In this document: positions 40,567 to 51,520 of the stretch, in pieces
Layout: each line of letters begins with the position of its first letter
Numbering within the stretch: the first letter of the stretch is position 1
NCBI GenBank assembly: GCA_010909165.1
Contig: VJWM01000108.1
Location: 930,001-994,000 of the forward strand
Direction of reading: 5' to 3'
Source of the DNA: Anthoceros angustus
Taxonomy: Eukaryota; Plantae; Anthocerotophyta
Length of the DNA stretch: 64,000 nucleotides
The notes under the pieces: generated by a model
What the model saw: only the letters and a program-made list of their open reading frames with translations
What the model was told of the DNA's origin: nothing
Databases searched by the model: none
Program-made: the position numbers and the translations under genes

Positions 40567-42290
40567 CTGTGTTTCTGTGCAAGAAGAGGGCATTTGTGTG
40601 CAGCGGCGAGTGTGTGATATTCGTGTACCCGCCGCAATATGCAAGTGTGGCCGCTTCGCATCTTGGGAGGCAGCTAGCTACATGCAGTATGCAGTCATGT
40701 GGGTCTAGTGACGAAATGGCCGAAGGGTATCAACAGACAACACTGGATCACTTCCACGGAGGATCCCTCCAATGCACAAGCCTGGTGAATCTTCTGGGTC
40801 GAGCTGCAGAACTTGATGAGGCACTAGCTTTCATAACATCAAAGCCAAATTGCCTGATGCTGCCGTTTGGCACACCCTGTTGGCTGCTTGTCGAAAGTAG
40901 GGCACGGCACAAACCTTCGTCTTACAGCGGCCTCCTTCTTTTGGACCAATTTCCGACTACCACACGCAACAGTTCACCTTCCAGGGACTGCATAGGTTTT
41001 CTTCACTCTCACGGTCGACCCTTGCAACTGCAACAACCAGCTGCAAATCGATGCACACGGTACCCATCCCTTACGACAATGTCTCTCTTTTCAACCCTTG
41101 ACATGATCTCCGTGGAATTGTGGCAGTCACTGCACATGCGTAGATTCTTGGTTACCACCAGAGGTGTGCCACTCGGAGTGTTCAAGAGACCAAACGCCAG
41201 AGCTAGCTTCTCAGCATGCCCGCAAAGCGCATCTTCCTTTTCCTTCTCACCAAGTGGCTTCAACACCAACTTCGTGTCAGGCACATGGCCCCCTTCCTGC
41301 TTCAGACGTGCACTCATACTCTCCACCTTGAGCGCAAGATCATCTCTGTTTTCCCCCACCACAAATGTATGTACCTGCTTCTTCACCTCAATGCTCGACA
41401 CTGCAGGTTTCTTGTTCGCTCCAGCTACCATTCTCTGTGTTTCTGTGCAAGAAGAGGGCATTTGTGTGCAGCGGCGAGTGTGTGATATTCGTGTACCCGC
41501 CGCAATATGCTGCTTCGCATCTTGGGAGGCAGCTAGCTACATGCAGTATGCAGTCATGTGGGTCTAGTGACGAAATGGCCGAAGGGTATCAACAGACAAC
41601 ACTGGATCACTTCCACGGAGGATCCCTCCAATGCACAAGCCTGGTGAATCTTCTGGGTCGAGCTGCAGAACTTGATGAGGCACTAGCTTTCATAACATCA
41701 AAGCCAAATTGCCTGATGCTGCCGTTTGGCACACCCTGTTGGCTGCTTGTCGAAAGTAGGGCACGGCACAAACCTTCGTCTTACAGCGGCCTCCTTCTTT
41801 TGGACCAATTTCCTGACTACCACACGCAACAGTTCACCTTCCAGGGACTGCATAGGTTTTCTTCACTCTCACGGTCGACCCTTGCAACTGCAACAACCAG
41901 CTGCAAATCGATGCACACGGTACCCATCCCTTACGACAATGTCTCTTTTCAACCCTTGACATGATCTCCGTGGAACTGTGGCAGTCACTGCACATGCGTA
42001 GATTCTTGGTTACCACCAGAGGTGTGCCACTGGAGTGTTCAAGAGACCAAACGCCAGAGCTAGCTTCTCAGCATGCCCGCAAAGCGCATCTTCCTTTTCC
42101 TTCTCACCAAGTGGCTTCAACACCAACTTTGTGTGAGGTACATGGCCCCTTCCTGCTTCAGACGTGCACTCATACTCTCCACCTTGAGCGCAAGATCATC
42201 TCTGTTTTCCCCCACCACAAATGTATGTACCTGCTTCTTCACCTCAATGCTCGACACTGCAGGTTTCTTGTTCGCTCCAGCTACCATTCT
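40567..42290. repeat. ~870 bp tandem duplication covering the DYW domain and 3' flank of PPR gene 1
   Basis: 40567-41434 is repeated at 41435-42290; the marker tctgtgtttctgtgcaagaagaggg occurs at both starts. Confidence 0.9.
41009..41431 (-). CDS. Stand-alone intact DYW:KP (GRP-type) domain ORF created by the duplication
   Basis: Reads MVAGANKKPAVSSIEV..CGHAEKLALAFGL..LRMCSDCH..HRFAAGCCSCKGRP* with no frameshift. Expression is unknown. Confidence 0.55.
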   Translation of the reverse strand: MVAGANKKPAVSSIEVKKQVHTFVVGENRDDLALKVESMSARLKQEGGHVPDTKLVLKPLGEKEKEDALCGHAEKLALAFGLLNTPSGTPLVVTKNLRMCSDCHNSTEIMSRVEKRDIVVRDGYRVHRFAAGCCSCKGRP

Positions 42291-44162
42291 CTGCGCTTCA
42301 ATCTTCTCTGCATCGTTCCACCTACCTGCATCTGCATAGGCATTGGCCATGAGCACATATGGCGATGCACTCTGAGGTTCCAGTTTCACCAGACTTTCAA
42401 AACAACGCGTCGCCCTCTCTATATCCCCGTGACTCTTGCAGGCATTCAGCAAGGACGTCAACCCCACAACATTGCTTTGGTCCTCACATGATAATAGAAT
42501 CTTCTCCGCCCCATCTAAATGGCCTGCACGCCCAAGAAGATCAATCATGCAACTGTAATGCTCAATAGTAGGTTTGATGCCATGATCGTCCATGGAGTTG
42601 AAGTGCTTGAGGCCCTCATGCACCAGCCCCTCATGACTGCAAGCTGCTAAGAGGCAAGTAAAAGTAGTATCGTCAGGCCGAATACCGGCGACTAACATCT
42701 CTTCAAAACAAGCTCTTGCGGTGTGACCTCTATCACAAGTACCATACCCAGCTATCAAAGCATTCCATGTCACCACATTCTTGGTGGACAAGCTGTCAAA
42801 AACCTGGCGTGCAACTTCCAGCTCGCCACATTTTGCATACAAGTCCACCAGGCAGGTTCCTAACACAACGTTATCTAGCAGTCCTCTTTCGACAATCTGT
42901 GAGTGCAGCTGCCTGCCCTTCTGTAAGGCACCAGTGGTTGCACAGGCCTTCAGAAGGCAAGCGAAAGTAACATCGTCAGCCACAAAGAGGCCCTCTTGCA
43001 CCATTTGTCCATACAAAACAAGCGCCTCTTGGCCGAGTCCTTGCTGAGCATACCCAGCTATCAGGGCATTCCATGTCACCACATCCTTTGTGGCCAAACT
43101 GTCAAAAACCTGGCGTGCATCTTTCACTTCGCCACATTTGGCATACATGTCCACCAGGCAGTTTCCAACAAACATGTCGGGAGGAATGCCACTCTGCAAC
43201 ACATCACAGTGCACTTTTCTGCCAGATTCCAAGTCGGCAGCAAATGCACAAGCTTGAAGGGAAGCTACAAAGACGTGGGCAGTCGCCTTCACTCCTGACC
43301 TCCGCATCTCATGGTACAGTTGTACGGCCTGTTCAGGTTTCCCATGCTGAGTGTATGCGGAGATCATGGAAAACCACATGAAGGCATCTGGTCTGCCCAC
43401 CCTGGTGAACACGTCCATGGCCTCCTGCAGCCTACCTCCAGATGCATACATGCGCAGGATATGGTTCCCCAAGTATGAATCCCACTCGTACCCAAGTTTA
43501 ACAATGAGCTCATGAACACGTCGTCCCACTACCAGATCCTTCTTAGCTGCACACTGTTTTAGCACAGTGTAAATCAGAGACTGAGAAATAGCAAACTCAG
43601 TCTGCGCCAGAAATTCCAGGGCTCCAACGGCCTCAGAAAGCTTCCCCTGCTGACATAATGCGATCACAGTCACAGCCGTCACGGCGCCCATTTTCGATGC
43701 TGCATGCGTGCCAGGTTCAGGATTATCCGGAGAGATCGACTTGGAAGGAGAAACACCTTGACCCATCACAATATCCAAAGAAACGAGCTGCTCATCAACC
43801 CAAGCTGGCTTGAGCATGCTGTTCAACCACAGGACTTCCCCGGACACCTTGTGCCGGAAGTCAGGCGAACGGGAGCTCTTCTTATCTTTTCTGTTGTCCC
43901 ACCACATGGTAGGGTCCAGAAAAAATCGTTCCCACAAGTGCTCCTGCTCCTGGAGACGACCATCACTGGAGAATCCCTCCCCACCCACAAGTTTTCTCGG
44001 AAGTGGAAGTGCTGGGCTCCTGACACTGCTGCACCTGGAGGATTGGTTGTTTGCCACTGGGTGACTCCCTTGAGTGAGATGAGCGGGAGCTCCTCGTAGA
44101 ATCCCTGGAGAGACACCAATTTGCTGGGTCCAAAACGGGTCTGGTTGCCAGACTGTGACCAT
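41869..44162 (-). CDS. PPR gene 1: PDF motif + 11 PLS-class PPR motifs + E1-E2 + DYW:KP(GRP); candidate organellar (U-to-C) RNA-editing factor
   Basis: Starts MVTVWQPDP and continues WWDNR..PDFRHK..LWL, L-S-(PLS)x2-P2-L2-S2, E1/E2, KKPAVSSIEV. Three small deletions in the DYW part (~42145, ~42030, ~41945), relative to the adjacent duplicate, break the frame. These may be sequencing errors. Confidence 0.88.
43788..43945 (-). other. OSB-type PDF motif (gene 1)
   Basis: HLWERFFLDPTMWWDNRKDKKSSRSPDFRHKVSGEVLWLNSMLKPAWVDEQL follows the recalled OSB pattern LW..FF.NP..WWDNR..K.NP..PDFKHK.TGEALWL....P.W. Confidence 0.8.
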
Positions 44163-44517
44163 CGTCCGGGGACCGCTGTGGGAAGACGGCACAAGGCACA
44201 ACAAACTATGCAGGATGCGTAGACATGCATGACCACACCACCGTGACGACGGTTTGTTGTTAGGTGCGCATGGCGTAGGACACCAAAACAAAATGGAACA
44301 GGGGTTGCCTAAGGTGGTTGTCAAATGGGTGTCATGACTTTGGACAAAAAGTTTAGAGGAAGCAAGCTCAACGAATTGTCCCCAGTTTACAAAAGCACCA
44401 GTGTCGTGATCCTAGATGCTAGTCTGGTCATTCCTCCCTCTAAGCTTGTGTTGGATGCCCTGCTTCATCCCTCTTCCATCGGAGGGTTTTGGTCATGAAC
44501 GGATCGGCATTGACAGG

Positions 44518-44595
44518 TTTCACGGATCTATAGACTTTTCACGGATCCATCAGAGGCCTTTTAACGGATCCATCAGGTTTCGCGGATCCATCAGA
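44518..44595. repeat. Four degenerate ~20 bp repeats (tttcacggatccatcag) upstream of gene 1
   Basis: Four consecutive cggatc(c/t)at cores are visible. Confidence 0.7.
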
Positions 44596-45055
44596 TGCCT
44601 GCCCTTCCCTTCCCTTCCCTTCCGGAACTTCAAGTCCAGGGAGGCAAGCCACTCAGAGGTTCCATGGCAATGGTGCAGGCGGAGCAGTTCCGTGCTGCTG
44701 CGGGAAAATGTTCCGCTCTTCCACTCGCGCAAGTGCAAGAGCGCAGATCCGGAATGACAAGGGAGCGGCAAGGGCAGCAGGCTCCGATTTTTCCAGGATC
44801 CTCAGACCGGTGGGCGATACACCGGACAAAAGGATAGCGTCGTTCCAGCTTGCAATCACATGTACGGGAGGAGACTCATTCGATTCTCATGAACTATCTG
44901 CGTTGTGACAGGAGTGCATCAGTGTTTGCGATCGTGTCCATGTCTCAGTTTGGACAGGGATGGCGAGCACATGAATGGCCAGCACATTCACCTCCGAGGA
45001 AAAAAGGAACGTTCCTGGCGTAGATACTTCACAACTAGCTACTTCTTCATTATTC

Positions 45056-48000
45056 TCACGGTCGGCCATTACAACTGCAACAACCATTTGCGAATCGATG
45101 AACACGGTACCCATCCCTTACAACAATGTCTCTCTTTTCAAGCCTTGACATGATCTCCGTGGAACTGTGGCAATCACTGCACATGCGTAAATTCTTCGTT
45201 ACCACCAGAGGTGTGCCACTCGGAGTGTTCAAGAGACCAAACGCCAGAGCCAGCTTCTCAGCATGCCCACAAAGCGCATCTTCCTTTTCCTTCTCACCCA
45301 GCGGCTTCAACACCAACTTTGTGTGAGGTACGTGGCCTCCTTCCTCCTTCAGACGGGCATTCGTGCTCTCTACCTTGAGAGCAATATCTTCTCTCCTTTC
45401 TCCCACCAGAAATCTATGCACCTGCTTATTCACCTCAATGCTTGCCACTGCAGGTTTCTTGTTAGCCCCTGCTACCATTCTCTGTGCTTCAATCCTCTCT
45501 ACGTCGGTCCACCTACCTGCATCTGCGTAGGCATTGGCCATGAGCACATATGCAGGCGCCCATTGAGGGTCCAGTCTGACAAGGCTGTCAAAGCACCGCA
45601 TCGCCCTCTCCAGATCCCCGTGACTTTTGCAGGCATTCAGCAAGGACGTCAATCCCACAACATTGCTTTGGCCCTTGCAAGATAAGAGCATGTTCTCAGC
45701 CTCATCTAACAGGCCTGCACGCCCAAGAAGATCAATCATGCAATTGTAATGCTCCGTAGTAGGTTTGATCCCATGCTGTTCAGCGATGGACTCAAAGAGC
45801 TTACGACCCTCATCTACCAGTCCTCATGACTGCATGCTACTAAAAGGCAAGTAAAAGTAGCACCATCAGGCTGAATACCGGCAACTAACATCTCCTCAAA
45901 ACAAGCTAGTGCTCTGTGACCATCATCACAAGTACCATACCCAGATATCAGGGCAGTCCATGTCACCACATCCTTCGTTGCCAAGTTGTCAAAAACCTGG
46001 CGTGCATCTTCCATTTCACCACATTTTGCATACATGTCCACCAGGCAGTTGCCCAACACTACATCATCCAGCAGTCCTCTTTCAACAATCTGTGAGTGCA
46101 GCTGCTTGCCCTTCTGTAAAGCACAGGTGCTTGCACAGGCCTTCAGAAGGCAAGCAAAAGTAACATGGTCAGCCAAAATGAGGCCTTCTTGCTCCATTTG
46201 CCCATACAGAACAAGTGCGTCTTGGCTGAGTCCTTGCTCTACATACCCAGCTATCAGGGCGTTCCATGTCACCACATCCTTAGTGTCCACGCTGTCAAAA
46301 ACCTGGCGTGCATCTTCTAGTTCACCACATTTTGCATACATGTCCACCAGGCAGTTGCCCAACACTACATTATCCAGCAGTCCTCTTTCGACAATCTGTG
46401 AGTGCAACTGCCTGCCCTTCTGCAAGGCACCAGCGCTTGCACAGGCCTTCAGAAGGCAAGCAAAAGTAGCATGGTCAGCCACAATGAGGCCATCTTGCTC
46501 CATTTGTCCATACAGCATAAGCGCCTCTTGAACGAGTCCTTGCTGTCCATACCCAGCTATCAGGGCATTCCATGTCACCACATCCTTTGTGGCCAAGCTG
46601 TCAAAAACCTGGCGTGCATCTTCTAGTTCACCACATTTTGCATACATGTCCACCAGGCAGTTGCCCAACCCTACATTATCCACCAGTCCTCTTCCGACAA
46701 TCTGTGAGTGCAGCTGCATGCCCTTCTGTAAGGCACCAGTGCTTGCACAGGCCTTCAGAAGGCAAGCAAAAGTAACATGGTCAGCCAAAATGAGGCCCTC
46801 TTCCTCCATTTGTCCATACAGAACGAGCGCCTCTTTGCCGAGTCCTTGCTGTGCATATCCAGCTATCAGTGCATTCCATGTCACCACATCCTTTGTGGCC
46901 AAGCTGTCAAAAACCTGGTGTGCATCTTTCAGTTCGCCACATTTGGCATACATGTCCACTAGGCAGTTGCCCACCAGCAGGTCATGCAGCAGTCCTCTTT
47001 TGAGGATCTCTGAGTGCAGCTGCCTGCCCTGCCGTAAGGCACCAGTGCTTGCACAGGCCCTCAGAAGGCAAGCAAAAGTAACGCAGTCAGCCAAAATGAG
47101 GCCATCTTGCTCCATTTGTCCATACAGAAGAAGCGCCTCTTGGCCGAGCCCTTGCTTTGCATATCCAGATAACAGTGCATTCCACGTCACCACATCCTTC
47201 GTGGCCAAGCTTTCAAAAACCCTTCGAGCACATTCCAGTTCACCAAATTTTGCATACATGTCCACTAGGCAGTTAGCAACCAGTATGTTATCTAGCTGCC
47301 CTCGTTCTACGATCTGTGAGTGCAGATGCCTGCCCTTCTGTAAGGCACCTGTGCCTGCACAAGCTTTCAGAAGGCACGCAAAAGTAACATGGTCAGCCAC
47401 AATTAGACCCTCCTGCTCCATTCGTTCAAACACAACAAGCGCCTCTTGCCCAAGCCCTTGCTGTGCATACCCAGCAATCAGCGTCGTCCATGTCACCACG
47501 TCCTTTTTGCCCAAGCTTTCAAAAACCCCTCGTGCGCATTCGAGTTCACCACATTTTGCATACATGTCCACCAGGCAGTTGCCTACCAGTATGTCGTCGA
47601 GCTGCCCTCGTTTTACAATCTGTGAGTGCAGATGCCTGCCCTTCTGTAAAGCACCAGTGCTTGCACAGGCCTTGAGAAGGCAAGCAAAAGTAACTCGGTC
47701 ACCCACAATCAGGCCCTCCTGCTCCATTCGCTCGAACACAACAAGCGCCTCTTGCCCGAGACCTTGCTGTGCATACCCAGCAATCAGCGCAGTCCATGTC
47801 ACCACATCCTTTGTGGCCAAGCTTTCAAAAACCTGGCGTGCATCTCCCAGTGCTTTACACTTTACATACATGTCAACAAGGCAGTTTCCAACGAACAAGT
47901 CAGGAGGAATGCCACTCTGCAAAACATCACCGTGCACTTTTCTTCCTGATTCCAAGTCGGCGGCAAATGCACAAGCTTGAAGGGCAGCTACAAAGACGTG

Positions 48001-48885
48001 GCCATCCGCCTTCACTCCTGACCTACGCATCTCATGGTACAGTTGTATGGCCTCGATTGGTTTCCCGTGTTTAGCATGTGAAGAGATTATGGAGAACCAC
48101 ATGAAGACATTTGGTTTTCCCACCCTGTTGAACACATCCATGGCCGCCTGCAGCCTACCTCCAGATGCATACATGCGCAAGATATGGTTCCCCAAGTATG
48201 GATCCGACTCGTACCCAAGTTCGACAACGAGGTCATGAACTCGTTGCCCCATAATCAGATCCTTCTTAGCTGTACACAGTTTTAGCACAGTGTAAACCAG
48301 AGACTGAGAGATAGCAGAGTCTGTCTGCGCCAGAGATTCCAAGGCTCCAACGGCCTCAGAAAGCTTCCCCTGCTGACATAACGTGTGCACGGTTACAGTC
48401 GTTACGGCGCCCATTTCCGATCCTGCAAGCCTCCCACGTTTAGGATTATCCACAGAGCTCGACTTGGAAGGAGAGGCACGTTGACCCATCAGCATATCCA
48501 AAGAAACGAGTTGCTCATCAACCCAAGCTGGCTTGAGCGTGCTGTTTAACCACAGGACCTCGCTGGACCCCTTACGCCGGAAATCAGGCGCACGGGAACT
48601 CTTCTTATCTCGTCTGTCGTCCCACCACATGGTAGGCTCCAGAAAAAATTGTTGCCACAAGTGCTCCTGCACCTTGCGAGCACCATCGGTGGAAAATTCG
48701 CCCCCACCCACACAGTTTCTGGCAAGTGGAAGTGCTGGGCTCGATACACTGCTGCACCTGGAGGCTTGGTTGTTTGCCACGGGTAGACCCCCTAAGGTGA
48801 GGTGAGCGGGAGCTCCTCGTAGAACCCCTGGAAACACACCAATTTGTTGGGTCCAGACCGGATCCGGCTGCCACACTGTGGCCAT
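45056..48885 (-). CDS. PPR gene 2: PDF motif + 26 PLS-class PPR motifs + E1-E2 + DYW:KP(GRP); candidate organellar (U-to-C) RNA-editing factor
   Basis: A 1023 aa ORF (L-S-(PLS)x7-P2-L2) and a 227 aa ORF (S2-E1-E2-KKPAVASIEV..HAEKLA..CSDCH..CSCNGRP*) are joined by one apparent 1 bp frameshift near 45822 (HEDW instead of HEGLV). Confidence 0.92.
48510..48665 (-). other. OSB-type PDF motif (gene 2)
   Basis: HLWQQFFLEPTMWWDDRRDKKSSRAPDFRRKGSSEVLWLNSTLKPAWVDEQL. Confidence 0.78.
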
Positions 48886-49249
48886 AGTTCAGGGGGCGCT
48901 GTCGGAAGATGAGGCTAACAGCAAACAAGAAGAGCGCAGAGACTTTGTAGATATGCTGAGATGGGACGTCTCATCTGCAAACTACCTGTGTATGTATGGC
49001 AGGATGCCCAGGTACGTGCCTTGGATCGTGGATGACTAGCACCACTCTCAAGAGCTTTTTATCATCCCAGGTAAAAGAGACCAAAACAAAACACTTCAAA
49101 CAGGAGGGGCCACCACCAAGTGCGTTGGACCGTGCGTGTATGTCCAAGCAAGTTGTCGGTTGGAAAGGGGATGAAAAATGCGTTCCCAATCAACAGAATG
49201 CGTGACCTCAAACGACCACACTAGGATCAAACCCAAAATCTCTGGTTTC

Positions 49250-49860
49250 GTAGAACAGCGCCTTATGAGGTGGTTGGATTGTACGAGCAATCCAACCACC
49301 TCATCAAACGTTGGTTGATTGTCACTTGGACGTATTGCTACGGATGCCCGTATAGGACAATAAAAATTGCTACAGGATGGTGACAAACTACTCAGCAGCA
49401 CCAGTGATCACCTTGCCCTCTGAAGGTTTGAACTCTGCCTCCCTCGTTTGATCAACCAAGCTTTTCAACTTGTTGACATGTTGAACGGTGTCGCCCTCAG
49501 CCATCTTACACTACGAGTCAATTCTCCAATTTCATGAAGTTGGAGAATTGACTTTCCAGCATCATTTCGCTCACAATGCTCTTCTTCTCGTATGTTATGT
49601 AAAGAATTTTCCATGCATCCTGCGAAGAGACATACTCGCTCAATTGTGAGAGAAGGTCATCTGACACATTCAGGATAATATTAGCCAAGGCTTTCGTCTC
49701 TTTGTCTATACCCTTTTCAGAAGCGCCATCTGGAAGTCCATTTTTCACAAACTTCCACAACCCTTTGTCAATGAGAAAAGATTTTCGCTTCAACTTCCAT
49801 AATGTGAAGTTGCTGCCATCAGACTTCTCTACTTGACGCGTAGTCTCCATATGCATGCCT
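49250..49860 (-). pseudogene. Ty1/copia gag N-terminal relic (UBN2/Retrotran_gag_2-like)
   Basis: Reads EKSDGSNFTLWKLKRKSFLIDKGLWKFV..KALANIILNVSDD..SSQDAWKIL..YEKKS, then HVNKLKSLVDQ after a frameshift. Stops are present, and no LTR or PBS was seen. Confidence 0.8.
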
Positions 49861-50189
49861 TTGGCAGCCATGCGAAGACAAGACAAAAGTTCCTCGCACC
49901 AAAACTACTACCAAGCTTCATGAAATTGCAAACAAGCTTTCACAGACACTTAGTCTGCATAACTACAAACAATGCAATAGAAGACAAGTCATGCTATCAT
50001 CACCTTCTCTAAAGTCACATCACACTGCAGTTGCATCAGCTGAAATTTTGAGATAAAAAAAATCTCAGCATGGAACAGGTCTTGGCCTCACCTTGCAGCT
50101 TCCTCTTCTTTTTTTAAAATTTACCTTGAGTATTGAAAATTTAGCGATGAGTATTTATTAGTACTAAAATGTGCTTAAATTTAACGGTG

Positions 50190-51520
50190 AGTATAGACGG
50201 TGCTAAATTTTAATGAGTATAGACGGGTGCTAAATTTTAATGTTCGGCATTGGTGGCCCGATTGATAAGTAAATTTTACCTTAATATAACATAAATTATA
50301 ACAGTATAAACCCTATAAACATAAATATAAGTATAAACCCTATAAACATAAATATAACTAATAGTAAACTATTATATTATATAGTATAGCATAATATCAC
50401 GGAATACGTTTAGGAGTACTTGGTAAGGGGCAAGGGGTAGAAGTTATGTTGGAGTGCATGAGTAAGATCACGGAATACGTTTAGAAGTACTTGGTAAGGG
50501 GCAAGGGGTAGAAGTTATGTTGGAGTGCATGAGTAAGACCAAGGGTTAGAAGTTATGCTAGAGACCAAGGGGTAGAATGACGGCATGGTGTGTGTTAACA
50601 AGTAAAAACAATTGAAGCCCCAAAAACGGTGTAGTTATGAGGTTGGAGTGAGAGGTAAGAGTTGCAGTTCCATGTTACAATGATGTTGCAATTCTGCTAC
50701 GGGCAACATAAACAAATTTATACTTGTTAATAGAGGGGTGTAATGAAGAGGGGAGGGTGAGAGGAGAGAGACGGGGCTCCATGTTATTGTCATATTGCAA
50801 TTCTTGTGTGGGTAACATAAACAAATGATTGTTTACAGAGGGTTGTAATGAAGAGTGCAACGTGGGAGGAGAGAGAGGGGGCTCCATGTTACAATAATGT
50901 TGCAATTGCATGTGGAAATGATAAAAAAAGGGGTTGTGATAGAGGGGGTGTATTCATGAGGGTAAGGTGGGAGGAGAGAGAGATAGATTCTTGTTAAGAG
51001 TACTACGATTTGAGGAAATAAGTCACAAATTTAATACCAAGCCTCTAGAGCATGTTGCAATTTGGAGGTGTAACAAAAAATTGCAACATCGACTATAACA
51101 TAGTCAAGAATTTCTAGTAGGGGTCATCGTGTGAAGGGATTGTTGTTGCGAGTGTGAGGGTGTATATAGAAGCCGCAGTTTTGAGTGGCTAGGTTTGCCG
51201 TGGGCGGTGCTCAATGAGAAGACGGGTTGGTGGAGTAGTAGACTACGTTGGAACGTGTAAGGGAGCAATTTAGGGTCAATGGTTATTGGAAAGCGTTCGA
51301 TTATATACTGGGTTCAACACATAGTGGACGGTGGTGTTCTGTTATATAATGGGTTCAACACATATTATGTACCACCGGTGGTGTTCGGTTATATATTGGG
51401 TTCAACACAAATTGTGATCATTATTCCGTGACTCGTTATTTGGCGTGGTTGTAAGCAGGAGTGTGGTTTCTTATACTTGTGATTCGTAAAGTGTGCTTCT
51501 AGTAAAGTGTGCTTCTAGCA
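50190..51520. repeat. Patch of short tandem duplications
   Basis: A ~27 bp unit x2 (50303-50357), a ~71 bp unit x2 (~50396-50536), a degenerate ~110-120 bp unit x3 (~50660-51000), a ttatata.tgggttcaacac motif x3 (~51300-51410) and a 16 bp unit x2 (~51487-51518). Confidence 0.7.

Noticed and set aside
40506-41964. 353 aa and 199 aa plus-strand ORFs
   Set aside because: They are mostly antisense to the DYW domain and its flank. Only a short PPR-like relic within them is meaningful.
42117-44324. ORF-track start at 44324 and C terminus GAMYLTQSWC for gene 1
   Set aside because: Paralog alignment places the start at MVTVWQPDP (44162). The listed C terminus results from a 1 bp deletion inside the DYW domain.
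44416-44908. Several 66-113 aa ORFs between PPR genes 1 and 2
   Set aside because: They overlap on both strands, have no recognisable motif, and are partly built from a minisatellite.
46589-47980. 463 aa plus-strand ORF (also 45986-46531 and 55805-56386)
   Set aside because: These are antisense shadows of the repetitive PPR coding strand with no independent protein features.
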